Below the pieces are notes generated by a model that searched no databases, was not told the origin of the DNA, and saw only the letters and a program-made list of their open reading frames with translations. A stretch of DNA of 64,000 nucleotides from Octopus vulgaris (Eukaryota): NCBI GenBank assembly GCA_951406725.2, contig OX597839.1, positions 8,246,001 to 8,310,000 of the forward strand, written 5' to 3'. Both the position numbers and the translations under genes were made by a program. Of this stretch, positions 25,800 to 39,239 are shown piece after piece; position 1 is the stretch's first letter, and every line of letters starts with the position of its first letter.

Positions 25800-26034
25800 A
25801 GGCGGCGAGCTGGCAGAAACATTAACGCGCCAGGCGAAATGCTTAGCGGTATTTCGTTTGCCGCTACGTTCTGGGTTCAAATTTCGCCGAGGTTGACTTT
25901 GCCTTTCATCCTTTCGGGGTTGATTAAATAAGTACCAGTTACGCACTGGGGTCGATATAATCGACTTAATCCATTTGTCTGTCCTTGTTTGCCACTCTGT
26001 GTTTAGCCCCGTGTGGGTAGTAAAGAAATAGGTA
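25800..26034 (+). mobile_element. SINE family A, full length
   Basis: Runs from the GGCGGCGAGCTGGCAGAA head to the TAAAGAAATAGG tail. Confidence 0.85.
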
Positions 26035-26272
26035 TATAAGCATGTTCTGCCACTACCATTCTTTATGAACGAGGTTGCTACGTTTAATGGCATCTTTGGG
26101 AACACCTTTAACTGTTCTTTAATTTAGAACTTCATTCTGATAGCCACCCTCGTTGTTTGACAATTTGTGATCCCACCCGCTTTATATTTCTTAAATGTTA
26201 GAACTTCCGATAAGAAATTTCAGATGTTGGTATTCTATTGATTAATCAACATATTACTAATTGCTCGTTTAT

Positions 26273-26405
26273 TTGGTTAGCCTGATGAGTGCTGAGTTGC
26301 GTAACATATTACGTAATGTCAGGTATGTTGTGCCCACTGCATATCTAACGCTACTATGCTTATGTCACAATAAGGGCTGTTAGTGAAACAATTGTAGTTA
26401 TACCA
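26273..26405 (+). ncRNA. Type-I hammerhead ribozyme with a ~95-nt branched stem II
   Basis: UGGUUAGC-CUGAUGA-[GCUGA..UUAGU closing stem; inner hairpins GUUGCGUAA/UUACGUAAU and UUGUG/CACAA]-GAAAC-AAUU-GUA-GUUAUACCA. Stem III palindrome ACAAUUGU; stem I of 8 bp with one bulge. Confidence 0.6.
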
Positions 26406-26581
26406 GATAACGAATTGGTTCGTTATGGATTCTTTTACTGGTTTCAGTCAGTTGACTGTTCGCACAACATTGAAGGGTTTTAGTCAAATCGACCCCAGAA
26501 CATAATTTTAAAACCCAGTACTTATTCCATATGTGTCTTTTGCTGAGCTGCTAAGTTACGCGGGCGTAAACACATCAACAC

Positions 26582-26814
26582 TTATTTCTTTATTGCCCAC
26601 AGGGGGCTAAACATAGAGGGGACAAACAAGGACAGACAAACGGATTAAGTCGATTACATCGACCCCAGTGCATAACTGGTATTTAATTTATTGAGCCCGA
26701 AAGGATGAAAGGCAAAGTCGACTTCGGCGGAATTTGAATTCAGAACGTAACGGCAGACGAAATACGGCTAAGCATTTCGCCCGGCGTACTAACGTTTCTG
26801 CCAGCTCGCCGCCT
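26582..26814 (-). mobile_element. SINE family A nested in an old SINE-B
   Basis: Full A unit. ACACATCAACA is repeated on both sides (~26570 and ~26824). Confidence 0.8.
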
Positions 26815-26939
26815 TCTAAACACACACATCAACAGTGGTTGTCAAGCGATGATGGGGGAGACAAAACACAGCCGTTATATTCAAGCAAGTGTGATCTGGT
26901 AGCGTCGCCCACGCTTTCCTTGTTACAGCCCACACATGT

Positions 26940-27305
26940 GTGGAAGCACTCCGTCGGTTACGACGACGAGAGTTCCGGTTGATCCGAACAGCCTGCTCGT
27001 GAAATTAACGTGTAAGTGGCTGAGCACTCCACAGACACGTGTACCCTTAACGTAGTTCTCGGGGATATTCAGCGTGACACAGAGAGTGACAAGGCCGGCC
27101 CCTTTGAAATACAGGTACAACAGAAACAGGAAGTAAGAGTGAGAGAAAGTTGTGGTGAAAGAGTACAGCAGGGATCACCACCACCCCCTGCCGGAGCCTC
27201 GTGGAGCTTTAGGTGTTTTCGCCCAATAAACACTCACAACGCCCGGTCTGGGAATCGAAACCGCGATCCTACGACCGCGAGTCCGCTACCCTAACCACTG
27301 GGCCA
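26940..27305 (-). mobile_element. SINE family C (same tail as 9108-9485)
   Basis: Reverse complement of 9108-9485. Confidence 0.85.
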
Positions 27306-27675
27306 TCCCGCCCACACATACCACAGCGGAACAACCAAGATGGAAAAATTAAAGTAGGAGAGAAAGAGATTCGATGGTGGGATTCTCCTTTTACATGGTA
27401 GACAATTTCAGCTGAAGAGGCCAGAACAAACCTGAAATTGTGTATGCTTTGCTCAAAAGCACAACGTACCAACTGTTCCAGATTTCGAACGCACGACTTT
27501 ATAGTCCTAAATCCCAAACCCTAACCAACCAGAAACGCGCCTTTGCATGGCACTTTGGGCGAGTGTTTTTTACTATAGCCTCGAGTCGAAAACACTCACA
27601 ACGCCCGGTCTGGGAATCGAAACCGCAATCCTCCGACCGCGAGTCCGCTGCCCTAACCACTAGGCCTCCACATAT

Positions 27676-27711
<36 letters not shown>

Positions 27712-28230
27712 GCGTGTATGTGCGTGTGTATAGGTTTGTACGTGTGTGCGCGTATATATATATGCATATGTGTGTTTGTATATATGTTTGCGCAAATATA
27801 TGTATATATTTGTGTGCGTCTTTGTGTCTGCGTTTATCCTTCCATCACCGCTTGACAGCTGATGTTGTGTTTACGTCCCCGTAACTTAGCGGTTCGACCC
27901 AAAAGATCGAAAAAATAAATACTAGGCTTACAAAAGAATAAGTTCTGAGGTCGATTCCTTTGGCTAAATCTCTTTACAGCAGTATTCCAGATTGGTCGCA
28001 GTCTAATGACTGAAACAAGTGAAAGAATAAAAGAATATGTGAACCTTTAGATTTATACACAGACTCACAAGCACAACGGATTATACTTGTCCTCGTGACG
28101 TCATACTTCCGTTTCACATCTCCGCCTACTCTACCAGTGATACCACCAACTCCGACACCTTTGCGATTGTCAGTGCATTCTCCGCCATTACAATCGACTA
28201 CAACTAACACTGACAACTAAAACCTAAATG

Positions 28231-28281
<51 letters not shown>

Positions 28282-29230
28282 CACACATTAACATACCAAT
28301 TCCATGTAGAACGAAGGAAAAATTACAAAAACATAAAGTAAGCCAAAGCGCATGATGAGAAAAAAATACGAAACAAGAAAAATTCTAATACACACATATA
28401 AACATACATATACCTATAGAGACACGTACACACACACACAACACCATATATTTATATGTATATCTATATAATTACACACATGCATACACACATACATACG
28501 TACATACATACAGAATTATACATAAAAATATAGAGAGAGAGACATACAAACGTAAGAGTGATATATTTAATCTCCGGATATTTCTCAATGTTTACTTAAA
28601 GGATTCTGCTGGAAAAATGATAGCCAAAAGACGTGTCGTAGCTCACGTTAGTGTCTTGTAAAACTAACATTATTTCGCTCTTAAGACCCTTCTTCCGACC
28701 CACCTACCTCGCCTCCGCACATCGCCACCGCTGCTTTTATCACCAAAACCATCAACATCACCACCACCACCACCACCGCCACCATCAACTTCAGTTTTCA
28801 TAAGCCGGTTGTGACTGGATTAGACTTGAAATCTAAATGCTTGTACTACAGATTTTCTCTTTTTAACAACCCTCTACAAGAATTACATCCATCCGCCTAC
28901 GTTTTACCACTACTACTACTACAACTAATTCTGATGCTACTACTACTATTGCTTAAAATTTGTGAACATTTATTGCTCATCTTTTTTTTTATGTATTTTT
29001 TTCTTGAGTTATTTTTGTTTTGTTAGCTTTCATTACTTTTGGCGTTAGATTGCCAGAATTGTTAGAAAGTAGGCAAAAGGGGAAAAAATACCTTCTATTT
29101 CTTCTGACTCTTTGCGTTAAGTGTTCAAACTCCACCGTGGTCGACTTTGCCTATCATCCTTTCTGGGTCGATAAAATAAAGCACCTATCAAGTATTGGGG
29201 ATGTAATGCCAATGTTTTCTTAAGAGACGT

Positions 29231-29400
29231 GCAACATCCCTCTCAGCATTAATCTGGAAACTTAAAAATGAAAACATTAACTACATCAAATGGAAAATTC
29301 TTTCCAAGAACAAAACCTATATTGACAAGTGAAAGAGTTGTTCGATATGTTCACTCGAAGAACTGTGCCTTTTAAAGAACTTAGAGCTTCCAATGACCCT
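29231..29400 (+). pseudogene. C-terminal remnant of a Penelope-like GIY-YIG endonuclease
   Basis: Reads ATSLSALIWKLKNENINYIKWKILSKNKTYIDK*KSCSICSLEE, resembling the T.LS..IW.LK...I.W.I...CxxC..E pattern of Penelope-like element (PLE) endonucleases. Confidence 0.55.
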
Positions 29401-29401
29401 C

Positions 29402-29600
29402 TTTACTCTTTTACTTGTTTCAGTCATTTGACTGCGGCCATGCTGGAGCACCACCTTTAGTCTAGCAAATCGACCCCAGGACTTATTCTTTGTAAGCCTA
29501 GTACTTATTCTATCGGTCTCTTTTGCCGAACCGCTAAGTTACGGGGACGTAAACACACCAGCATCGGTTGTCAAGCGATGTTGGGGGACAAACACACACA

Positions 29601-29654
<54 letters not shown>

Positions 29655-29822
29655 CATATACACGACAGGCTTCTTTCAGTTTCCGTCTACCGAATCCACT
29701 CACAAGGCTTTGGTCAGCCCGAGGCTATAGTAGACGACACTTGCCCAAGCTGTCACGCAGTGGGACTGAATACGGAACCATGTGGCAGGTAAGCAAGCTA
29801 CTTACCACACAGCCACTCCTCA
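29402..29822 (-). mobile_element. SINE family B
   Basis: Matches the family B consensus. Confidence 0.85.
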
Positions 29823-30805
29823 TCATTATTAAATAATATATCGTATGATATGCACCGGGTAGCTTGCCGGTAAAGCATATTCACTTTCACAGTGTTCGTT
29901 GGTTATTTGGTTAATGAAAGACATGGAAGATAAGAAAAATTTTATTAATCACTATAACTCTTTCGACCTATCTAGTCCCTAAACCAGTTAAGTATCCTAC
30001 CCGTGATGGGCGGGCGGGCAGGCAGGCAGGAGAAGTTGCTGAAAACTTCCTGGCTTTGGGTAAAAGAAAATACAGGAGGATCAGTTATGATTTTATTCAA
30101 TATACTCACTTCTCAGATTCACACATGCCTAGTACTTATTCTATCGGTCTTTTTTACCGAACCATTAGATTACGGGGACGTAAACACACCAACACTGGTT
30201 GTCAAACTAGGGGCCAAAAATCCATCAGATTTTTTAAGCTCTGAGAAAGTTTGGCAGGCTTGGTCTCCAACCAGGCCTTTCGCGACACCCCTAAATCCAG
30301 TTACTTTTAGACACCCCTCGTAGATATATATATATATAGATAGATAAATAGATAGATAGTTGTACGACAATGAGTAATCTATACGTGTGTCTGTGTGTAT
30401 ATATGTTTATACTTATTGTGAAAGTTCTGCGTGGATATATCATGTATGTGCTTCTGTCTTTCAAGTAGTCGTGTATGTTAGAGTGTGTTTACACGTGCAC
30501 CAGTACCCAACAAACACATCTTTACCCTTTAGACATAACATTTGATATCACCTGCACCCTGCGACCGCACGACGGAGCCGGGTATGACCTGAACGGGTGA
30601 GAAAGCTGCCATTAATCTGGAGTAATGTGTCTTCCCTGCTGTTAAGTAGCCGTATACGGTAAAAATATACCGCAAGCAGCAGCATGTGGTAACTTACATA
30701 CGATCTGAATGTCAAAATACTGATAACTAATAGTTAGCTAGAAATGGCTAATTTCTTCAAACACACACACACACACAGACTGAGATTGTGTGTGAGAGAG
30801 ATCTC

Positions 30806-31186
30806 GGATCTTTTCGGTTTGAACGGCAGTTTTTTTCTAGCGGTGTCATATGAAATTGTCACCCATAATTATGACCTTAGTATCGATCTATTGCATTTCA
30901 ATCTGTTTTGGGGTTAGGGGTATCTTTTTTTCTTCACAAGTGTAAATAAACCCAATCTGTTTCTGAAACGAGGGACATATTTTTAACTCAATGAACGTCA
31001 TTGATTGGTTGAAATTGCAGAAATTGAAGAAAAATAACAACAAATATCTTACAAACTATAGAATTTTCTCAATAAAGGCATGAGAAAAAGATGTAATAAA
31101 CACATTCTACTAGTATACGAAGTTTTAAAATTTTTTAGTTACCTAGAAATTATATTTAAAAACTGCCGTACAAACCGAAAAGATCC
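30806..31186. mobile_element. Merlin-like MITE copy 4
   Basis: TIRs plus the 8-bp TSD GAGATCTC. Confidence 0.9.
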
Positions 31187-32002
31187 GAGATCTCTTCGCA
31201 CAAAAGTACCCACACGTTCACATATATGCAGTAATGTACAGAAACCCACTCACACACGACATACAATTGTACGTAGGATGGTGTCATTTAGACCCTAAAG
31301 CCCGGGCGGTCGAGGTCCTTTGAACGGCTAGAACTGATCGCCCCCAAACCTTACTGAAATCACAGTCTATATAATTATCGGTATTTTGGTATAAAATATT
31401 CATAAAGGAAAAGAAATATATAGAAAGGCAATGAGTCCCATAAGTAGAATACCCCCTAATTGTAGTTCTGCTCTCTTAATATTCCTCGAAGGGAGATATT
31501 TTTCTGCTTTCTTAATTCCTACGCACAGACCAAAGAAAACATTCTCATTCACTCTCTAATGTCCAAACGTGCGTGCATGCTCATATACTCACATATTCGG
31601 CAATTCCATACGCTCCTTGTATTATAGTTATATTCTGTCTTTGGGGTAGATTTGAGGAAGAGAAGGTTTTCTGGCTCTGAATTGAAACTTTCGAAAGGGA
31701 CCTTTCCGAAAATGGAAAGGGACCTTTTCGATCTTTTAAGGAAAATAAAATTCCGTAAGGTTACCAATGTCTGAATGAAGAGATTAATTTCAAAAGTAAC
31801 TCAGGATGAGCCTACCTCGCAGCAAGAAACACAAATGATGGTAGCAACATGAAACACTTTCATTCACCAAATGCCACATATCAGAGGAGGTTTAATGAAT
31901 GTGCAGGAAAGTTAACAGCGGTGCCCCGACATGGCCGAAGCTCTCGAGCAGCAACTAGTAAAACAATAAAACAAAAATGTATGCACCAGATTTCTTTCTC
32001 TC

Positions 32003-32416
32003 CAATACCTATTTCTTTACTGCCCACAAGGGGCTAAACACAGAGAGGACAAACAAGGACAGACAAACGGATTAAGTCGATTATATCGACCCCAGTGCGT
32101 AACTGGTCCTTAATTTATCCACCCTGAAAGAATGAAAGGCAAAGTCAACCTCGGCGGAATTTGAACTCAGAACGTAGCGGCAGTCGAAATACCTATTTCT
32201 TTATTACCCACAAGGGGCTAAACACAGAGGGGACAAACAAGGAGAGACATAGGTATTAAGTCGATTACATCGACCCCAGTGCGTAACTGGTAGTTAATTT
32301 ATCGACCCCGAAAGGATGAATGGTAAAGTCGACCTCGGCGGAATTTGAACTCAGCATCGGTTGTCAAGCGATGTTGTGGGGACAAACACATACACAAAAT
32401 ATACACACACACACAC

Positions 32417-32447
<31 letters not shown>

Positions 32448-32598
32448 CGACGGGCTTCTTTCAGTTTCCGTCTACCTAATCCACTCACAAAACTTTGGTC
32501 GGCCCGAGGCTATAGAAGAAGACACTTGCCCGAGGTGCCACGCAGTGGGACTGAACCCGGAACCATATGGTTGGTAAGCAAGCTACTTACCACACAGC

Positions 32599-32601
<3 letters not shown>
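32003..32601 (-). mobile_element. Chimera: SINE-B 5' half fused to a SINE-A dimer
   Basis: The junction at ~32353 (GAACTCAG|CATCGGTTGTC) uses CAG microhomology. Confidence 0.75.
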
Positions 32602-32669
<68 letters not shown>

Positions 32670-33067
32670 TAGATATATGTGTGTGTGTGTATGTATGTAT
32701 ATATTTATACACATATATGCATTCGTGTGTACGTGTGTTTGTGTAGCACATATGTCATCAATAAAGCACGGCTTAACTGCGTTGGAAATATAACACTATA
32801 AGTTTCATCAACTGATTATAGTCAGTAGCAAACTTGTTATACTATTACATGTTAACTATATGTGTGTGTGTGAGTGTACACGTATATGAATATGTGTGTG
32901 TTTCTGTATATTTATATATATGTATAGTTATAAGTATTTATATATGTGTGTGCATATGTGTTTATATGCATGCATGTGTGTACATATACATGTGTGTACA
33001 TAAATATGTATGTATTTATATACATGTATATATGTATATATATATATATATATACACACATGTGGAT

Positions 33068-33119
<52 letters not shown>

Positions 33120-33891
33120 ATGTATATTTACTTATATACACATATATATGTGTGTATATACATACATACACATATGGATATACATATATATATATATGTA
33201 TATTTACTTATATACACATTTATGTATGTGTGTATATATATATATATATACTCACACACGCATATACATATGTATATATACATGTACATATAATTACATA
33301 GACGTATAAATGTGTGTGTGTTTCACAACACTATCTCGTATCCTTATAATTTATAACTGCTAACCTCAGGTTTATCGTAAACATATTTACACATATATAC
33401 GTGTCTACCTAGTTACATACGTACATATGTTTACGTATGCGCACCCAGACACACAAAATACATATATATACATATGTGTGTGTGTGTATAGAGAGAGAAA
33501 TTCAAAGACGTATGTCCATAATTCCATCCAGGTATTTAGCCAAGAGCACATTTGTATAAACTAACCTCAGACGGATAGACATATATGCTGATCGCAATTT
33601 CTTGCAAGGCGATTTTTATATTCTCAATGAATATTGCACCCATCCTGTGCTTACAGATGCCTTTTCAGCCCATCTTTCGTCCTGCTGGAATCGTTCACAG
33701 ATGTGACATTTATTTCACTCTTTCGTTTTCAGTGTGTGTGGTGGTAAAATCATTTTACAAGCAGCTCGATTTCTCCCAGGCGCATGTGACTTTAGATGGT
33801 TGACAAACCCAGCTCTCAAGAGAGTAAATATTCCACACACATTGCACTTTAATTCCTGATGAGTTTTCTATGGATACTGCACTTGAGTACC

Positions 33892-34303
33892 TATTTCTTT
33901 ACTACCCAGAAGGGGCTAAACACAGAGAGGGCAAACAAGGACAGACAAAGGGATTAAGTCGATTATATTGACCCCAGTGCGTAACTGGAACTTATTCAAT
34001 CGACCCCGAAAGGATGAAAGGCAAAGTCGACCTCGGCGGAATTTGAACTCAGAACGTAACGACAGACGAAATAGCTATCTCTTTACTACCCACAAGGGGC
34101 TAAACTCGGAGAGGACAAACAAGGACAGACAAACGGATTAAGTCGATTATATCGACCCCAGTGCGCAACTGGTACTTAATTTATCGACCTCGAAAGGATG
34201 AAAGGCAAAGTCGACCTCGGCGGAATTTGAACTCAGAATGTTGCGACAAACGAAATACTGCTGAGCATTTCGCCCGGCTCGTTAACGTTTCTGCCAGCTC
34301 GCC
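33892..34303 (-). mobile_element. SINE family A dimer with TSD
   Basis: 13-bp TSD GCACTTGAGTACC at 33879-33891 and 34304-34316 encloses a head plus two units. Confidence 0.9.
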
Positions 34304-34957
34304 GCACTTGAGTACCGCTTACTGAGTGAAGGTTTCAAACAAGCATGCTCCATTCGTTTTTGCTCAAAATCACCTCATCTGTAGCTAGTAGTCTCACTCC
34401 ATGATGTACGGCTTTCAGCCAATGCTTCACAGATATGAATCCAAAACCTTCCACACGCATAACACTTCACTTCCTGATGAATTTCCGCAGACATCGTACT
34501 TGGGGCCTGTTTACGGAGTGGCTATTTCAAAGCAGCAAATACGATTCGCTTTTACTCAAAGACACTGCTTCTGTATTTGGTAGTCTCTCTCCGTGATGTC
34601 CGGTTTTCAATCAATGCCTCAGATATATTCATATCAACCCCAAATCTTTAAGGTTGCCTTTTATGACATTCTTAAACCATTTCCTAGATTTATACGGAGG
34701 CTTTTCTCCATTGGTCATCATCCCCATAAAATATCTATTTGGGCAGCCTTCCGTCCTCCATCTCGACGCATCTGGCTCAAAATTAGTTACGTAAACGCAT
34801 ACACATACGGTGGCTCCAACTCGATTTCAAGTATTTTTATCGCTTGATTGTTCTTTAAAACATAAGCGGCACGGATGTGGCTTTTAGGTCCTACTTTGGA
34901 CTTACACACTTTTATACAGATATGGCAATGATGGGCGCCTCTTGTAGTAGAGATGCC

Positions 34958-35364
34958 GGATCTTTCCGGTTTGAACGGCAGTTTTTAAAATAATTTCTAG
35001 GTAACTAAAAAATTTTAAAACTTCGTATACTGGTAGAATGTGTTTATAAAACATCTTTTTCTCTTGGCTTTATTGAGAAAATTCTATAGTTTGTAAGATA
35101 TTTGTTGTTGTTTTTTCTTCAATTTCTGCAACTTCAACCAAACACTGACGTCTATTGAGGTAAAAAACATTCTGTGCCGTATGAATATGTCCCTCGTTTA
35201 AGAAACAGATTGGGTTTATTTACATTTGTGAAGAAAACAAGATACCCTTCCCCCTAACCCTAAAACAGATTGAAATGCAATAGATCGATACTAAGGTCAT
35301 AATTATGGGTGACAATTTCATATGACACCGCTAGAAAAAACTGCCGTTCAAATCGAAAAGATCC
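34958..35364. mobile_element. Merlin-like MITE copy 5 (opposite orientation)
   Basis: TIRs plus the 8-bp TSD GAGATGCC. Confidence 0.9.
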
Positions 35365-36629
35365 GAGATGCCTTATAATGCATAGTTAATAACTTCCCTG
35401 CTGCATCACAATTCTGATGTCTCCCAAGACCTGCCTTTCTTAGTCAGATACGCCCACTTATGTTACACGTTAGACTGCGCTTGTGCGTCAAAATTGCCAA
35501 GAAAATTCACATCAAAACCTCAATGCTTTGCTTTGGGTTCAGACGTAACTCACTTGAGCTGTTCATGTTCCCTACGACTTTGTTCAGAATTTTTCTTCCC
35601 ATCGTGCACTGCTTTCCTCTACGATGAATGATTTAGCTGTGTGTATGTATATATAATGTGTGTGTCTATATATGTGTGTATAAGTATGTATGTATATATA
35701 TATATGTATGTATATATATATATATTCGTGTATGTATATATATATATATATTCGTGTATGTATATGTATATATATTTATATATATTCGTGTATGTATATA
35801 TATATACGCGTATGTATTCATATATATATTCCTGTATATGTGTGTGTATATGCACACGTTCTTTTATGTATGTCAATGTAATTACTTCACATACATAAGC
35901 ACCCTGTATATGTACACAAGTGTATTCGGGTATATACATGTGCGCGCGCATGTTTTTATATATATGTGTGTGTGTGTACATATATAAAATGTATGTATAT
36001 CTATGCATATTCATCCATCTATACATACACACATGTAAGAATTCCATTCCTGTGTTATACGATTAAGATACAGCAAATGGTTTAAATTATCCAGTTTATC
36101 AGCTGATGGTGTGGGCTTTAGTAGTCAACACATAGTTGGGTGGAGGGGAAATAGTACGGTTTGTAGTGGTGGTCTTATCTGGCTGGTGATGAAGATGATG
36201 ATAATGGTGGTGGTGGTGGTGGTGGTGGCGGCGGAGAGTGTTAGTGTTGACGGTTGGCCTCCTGATGTTAGTAGAAGCGTATTATGGATTTGCCGGGTGT
36301 GATGCAAATGAAAAAACTAGGAAAGGGGTGTAGTTAGAGGTGGAGGGAATTTTTTTTTTAAGTTTAGCGATCATCATCATCATCATCATCATCATCATTA
36401 CCATCATTATATCCCTATCATGAGAATCACCGCCATTATCACAGTTCGCTAATGTTCCCATTTAGCATTATCTCGTGATTTATAGAGTAATACACACGCA
36501 TATAATTTATACACAAAACACTGTATACAAACGTCACACACAAACACTGCGTACATACATACATACATAGATACATACATACATACATATTTATATATAT
36601 ATATATACATACATACATACATATATACA

Positions 36630-36667
<38 letters not shown>

Positions 36668-36673
36668 CATACA

Positions 36674-36711
<38 letters not shown>

Positions 36712-36724
36712 CATACATACATAC

Positions 36725-36803
<79 letters not shown>

Positions 36804-36942
36804 CATACATATATACATATATATACATACATATATATATACATACACACACATACATAAATATATGCCTGTACATGTTTTTCTATATGCATATATCAAT
36901 ACACACACAAACACACACATATATATATACATATATATATAT

Positions 36943-36988
<46 letters not shown>

Positions 36989-37269
36989 TTTTTTTTTTTT
37001 TTCTAATAAAAAAAAAATAGCGAATAAAAAGCTGAAAGGAAAAAAAATAAATTGAATGGAAGTAAAGCAACAACATAAAGGATGATAAGACTGAGCGTTT
37101 CTATAAACAAAATAAAATGTTCTTTAAATCCATAGATATAATCCCAAACTGATAAACTCATTTCAAGTAACCAACATTTTATATTAGACATTGTTACAGC
37201 TGAGCTCCTATCTCGGCTGCCTCTCAATTCAAACCCCCTTCTTTCTCTCCCCTCCGTCTGTTTACTCTT

Positions 37270-37801
37270 TCCTCTCTTTTACTTGTTTCAGTCTTGTGAC
37301 TGTGGCCATGCTGGAGCACCGCCTTTTTTAGTCGAGCAAATCGACTCCCCTCCCCCCCAGGACTTATTATTTGTAAGCCTAGTACTTATTCCATCAGTTC
37401 TATTTTTGCCGAAGCGCTAATGTTACGGGGACGTAAACACACCAGTATCGGTTGTCAAGCGATATTGGGGGGACAAAAACAGGCACACAAACATATATAT
37501 AGATATACGACGGGCTTCTTTCAGTTTCCGTCTATCAAATCCACTCGAAGAACTGTACCTTTTAAAGAACTTAGAGCTTTCAATGACCCCCTGTTTACTG
37601 TTTTACTTGTTTCAGTCATTTGACTGTGGCCATGCTGGAGCACCGCCTTTTTCAGTCGAGCAAATCGACCCCAGGACTTATTCTTTGTAAGCCTAGTACT
37701 TATTCCATCGGTCTCTTTTGCCGAAGCGCTAAGTTACGGGGACGTAAACACACCAGCATCGGTTGTCAAGCGATATTGGGGGGACAAACACAGACACACA
37801 A

Positions 37802-37836
<35 letters not shown>

Positions 37837-37928
37837 CGACGGGCTTCTTTCAGTTTCCGTCTACCAAATCCACTCACAAGGCTTTGGTCGGCCCGAGGCT
37901 ATAGTGGAAGACACTTGCCCAAGGTGTC
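37270..37928 (-). mobile_element. Two tandem 5'-truncated SINE-B copies separated by a captured ~50-bp flank
   Basis: Two family B bodies. The spacer matches ~29352-29400. Confidence 0.8.
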
Positions 37929-38026
37929 TGATATGGCTGATTTAAATGCTAAAGGGTGAAACAAAAGAGGAATAATGTTGTCAGGATAGACTTAACTGGA
38001 AAGCTTGTCAACATACGTCAGCTAAA

Positions 38027-38388
38027 TCTCTATATATAAACGGCAAAATGTTTGTGTGTGTGTCCTTTATACAAATCCACAATTTTTCAGTTAGAGGGCT
38101 CGCACTTTCTATGGTCATTCAAAACTGTCCAAGGGTGGTCGTGCACATCTTTACATTTCACCAGTCACCACACAAAGCCATTAAAATATCAATAGAAGTG
38201 ACTTTTTTGTGAATTTTCTATCCAAAACCCGATCAAAATGCCCGAAACTTGATACGCCAATTGAATGCCAGCTAGCTGTATGTGATTGGTCGGAGATTTG
38301 GACAGTACTCGCGTGTATATGCGCACGCACGCAGCTGTATATGCATGCACTAACACTATGACCCTGCGTCGCTGGGTCATAGTGCTAG
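38027..38388 (+). mobile_element. Non-autonomous Helitron
   Basis: A|TC 5' end (TCTCTATATATAAA), 3' hairpin ACTATGACCC...GGGTCATAGT, terminal CTAG|T, and no TSD. Confidence 0.8.
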
Positions 38389-38844
38389 TTATGAATAATC
38401 TGCGACAAAGGAACACACCAATATAAAAATAGAAACTCTAACCACACTGTGGTCTTATCCACAAGTTATCACAATCATATTCTATCCTGGTGATATTGGT
38501 TTCAAATGTTGGTACAAGGCCAGCAAATTCGAGGGTAAGTCGATTACCTCGACCCCAGTATTCAACTGGTACTTATTTTATGCTCCCGAAGAAAGTAAGT
38601 CGAAGTCAGCCTCGGTAGAATTTGAACTTAAAACGTAAAGACAGGTGAAATGCCGCTAAGCATTTTGATCGGCGTGGTCACGATACTGCCAGGTCGCTGC
38701 CTTCTACCCAGGTAATATTTTCACAGAACGTAAAGAGATATGAAATCAATTAAAGAGTGAGGTGGATTTTTGTCCACCCTCTCAACATTGGTGCTTCGCG
38801 GACAGATGAAGGGGCGCACCCATTTACTTACAAAGCAGTCGCAA

Positions 38845-39239
38845 GTGGAGGCGCAATGGCCCGGTGGTTAGGGCAGTGGACTCGCGGTCGGAGGATCGCG
38901 GTTTCGATTCCCAGACTGGGCGTTGTGTGTGTTTATTGATCGAAAACACCTAAAGCTCCACGAGGCTGCGGCAGGGGTGGTGGCGACCCCTATTGTACTC
39001 TTTCGCTCCAACTTTCTCTCACCCTTTCTTCCTGTTTCTTGTCCCCGACTTCCTACGCAACCGCTGAGCCTGGATGCGCATTCATCCATCCGTCGATGCT
39101 TTCGGTGTCGGGGGTTGACCTGCTCTCTCTTCTGCGGGTCTTACGAATACCAAAGGACCACGTTTCGGACTTCCCCCACTACAGAGGCGCGATCTTGCGA
39201 GCTCTGGGACGAAGACCGCTTCGCTCAACAAACAAACAA
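38845..39239 (+). mobile_element. SINE family C with an alternative tail ending (AAAC)n, full length with TSD
   Basis: TSD ACAAAGCAGTCGCAA at 38830-38844 and 39240-39254. Confidence 0.85.

Larger units (their letters stand above)
33630..35615 (-). pseudogene. Cluster of decayed RTE-clade LINE 3' ends carrying C2H2 zinc fingers, interrupted by a SINE and a MITE
   Basis: Minus-strand peptides EMEDGRLPK*IFYG, NLK..GVDMN..EALIENRTS, FE*KR, and fingers CNVCGIFTLLRAGFVNHLKSH, CHICER..GLKRH, CHICIKVCKSKVGPKSH, CNISGRI*LRKAGLGRH. Confidence 0.7.

Noticed and set aside
27405-27450. CUGAAGA...GAAAUUGUGUA
   Set aside because: Stem II is only 2-3 bp and there is no stem I, so it is compatible with chance.
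28093-28112. CRE plus ETS motif pair (TGACGTCA-TACTTCCG); isolated CTCF-like (~13712, ~19384) and NRF1-like (~16762) motifs
   Set aside because: Short motifs with no associated gene or supporting context.
30208-30318. Possible small hAT MITE (TAGGGGCC...ACACCCCT)
   Set aside because: The TIR match is poor and no TSD was found.
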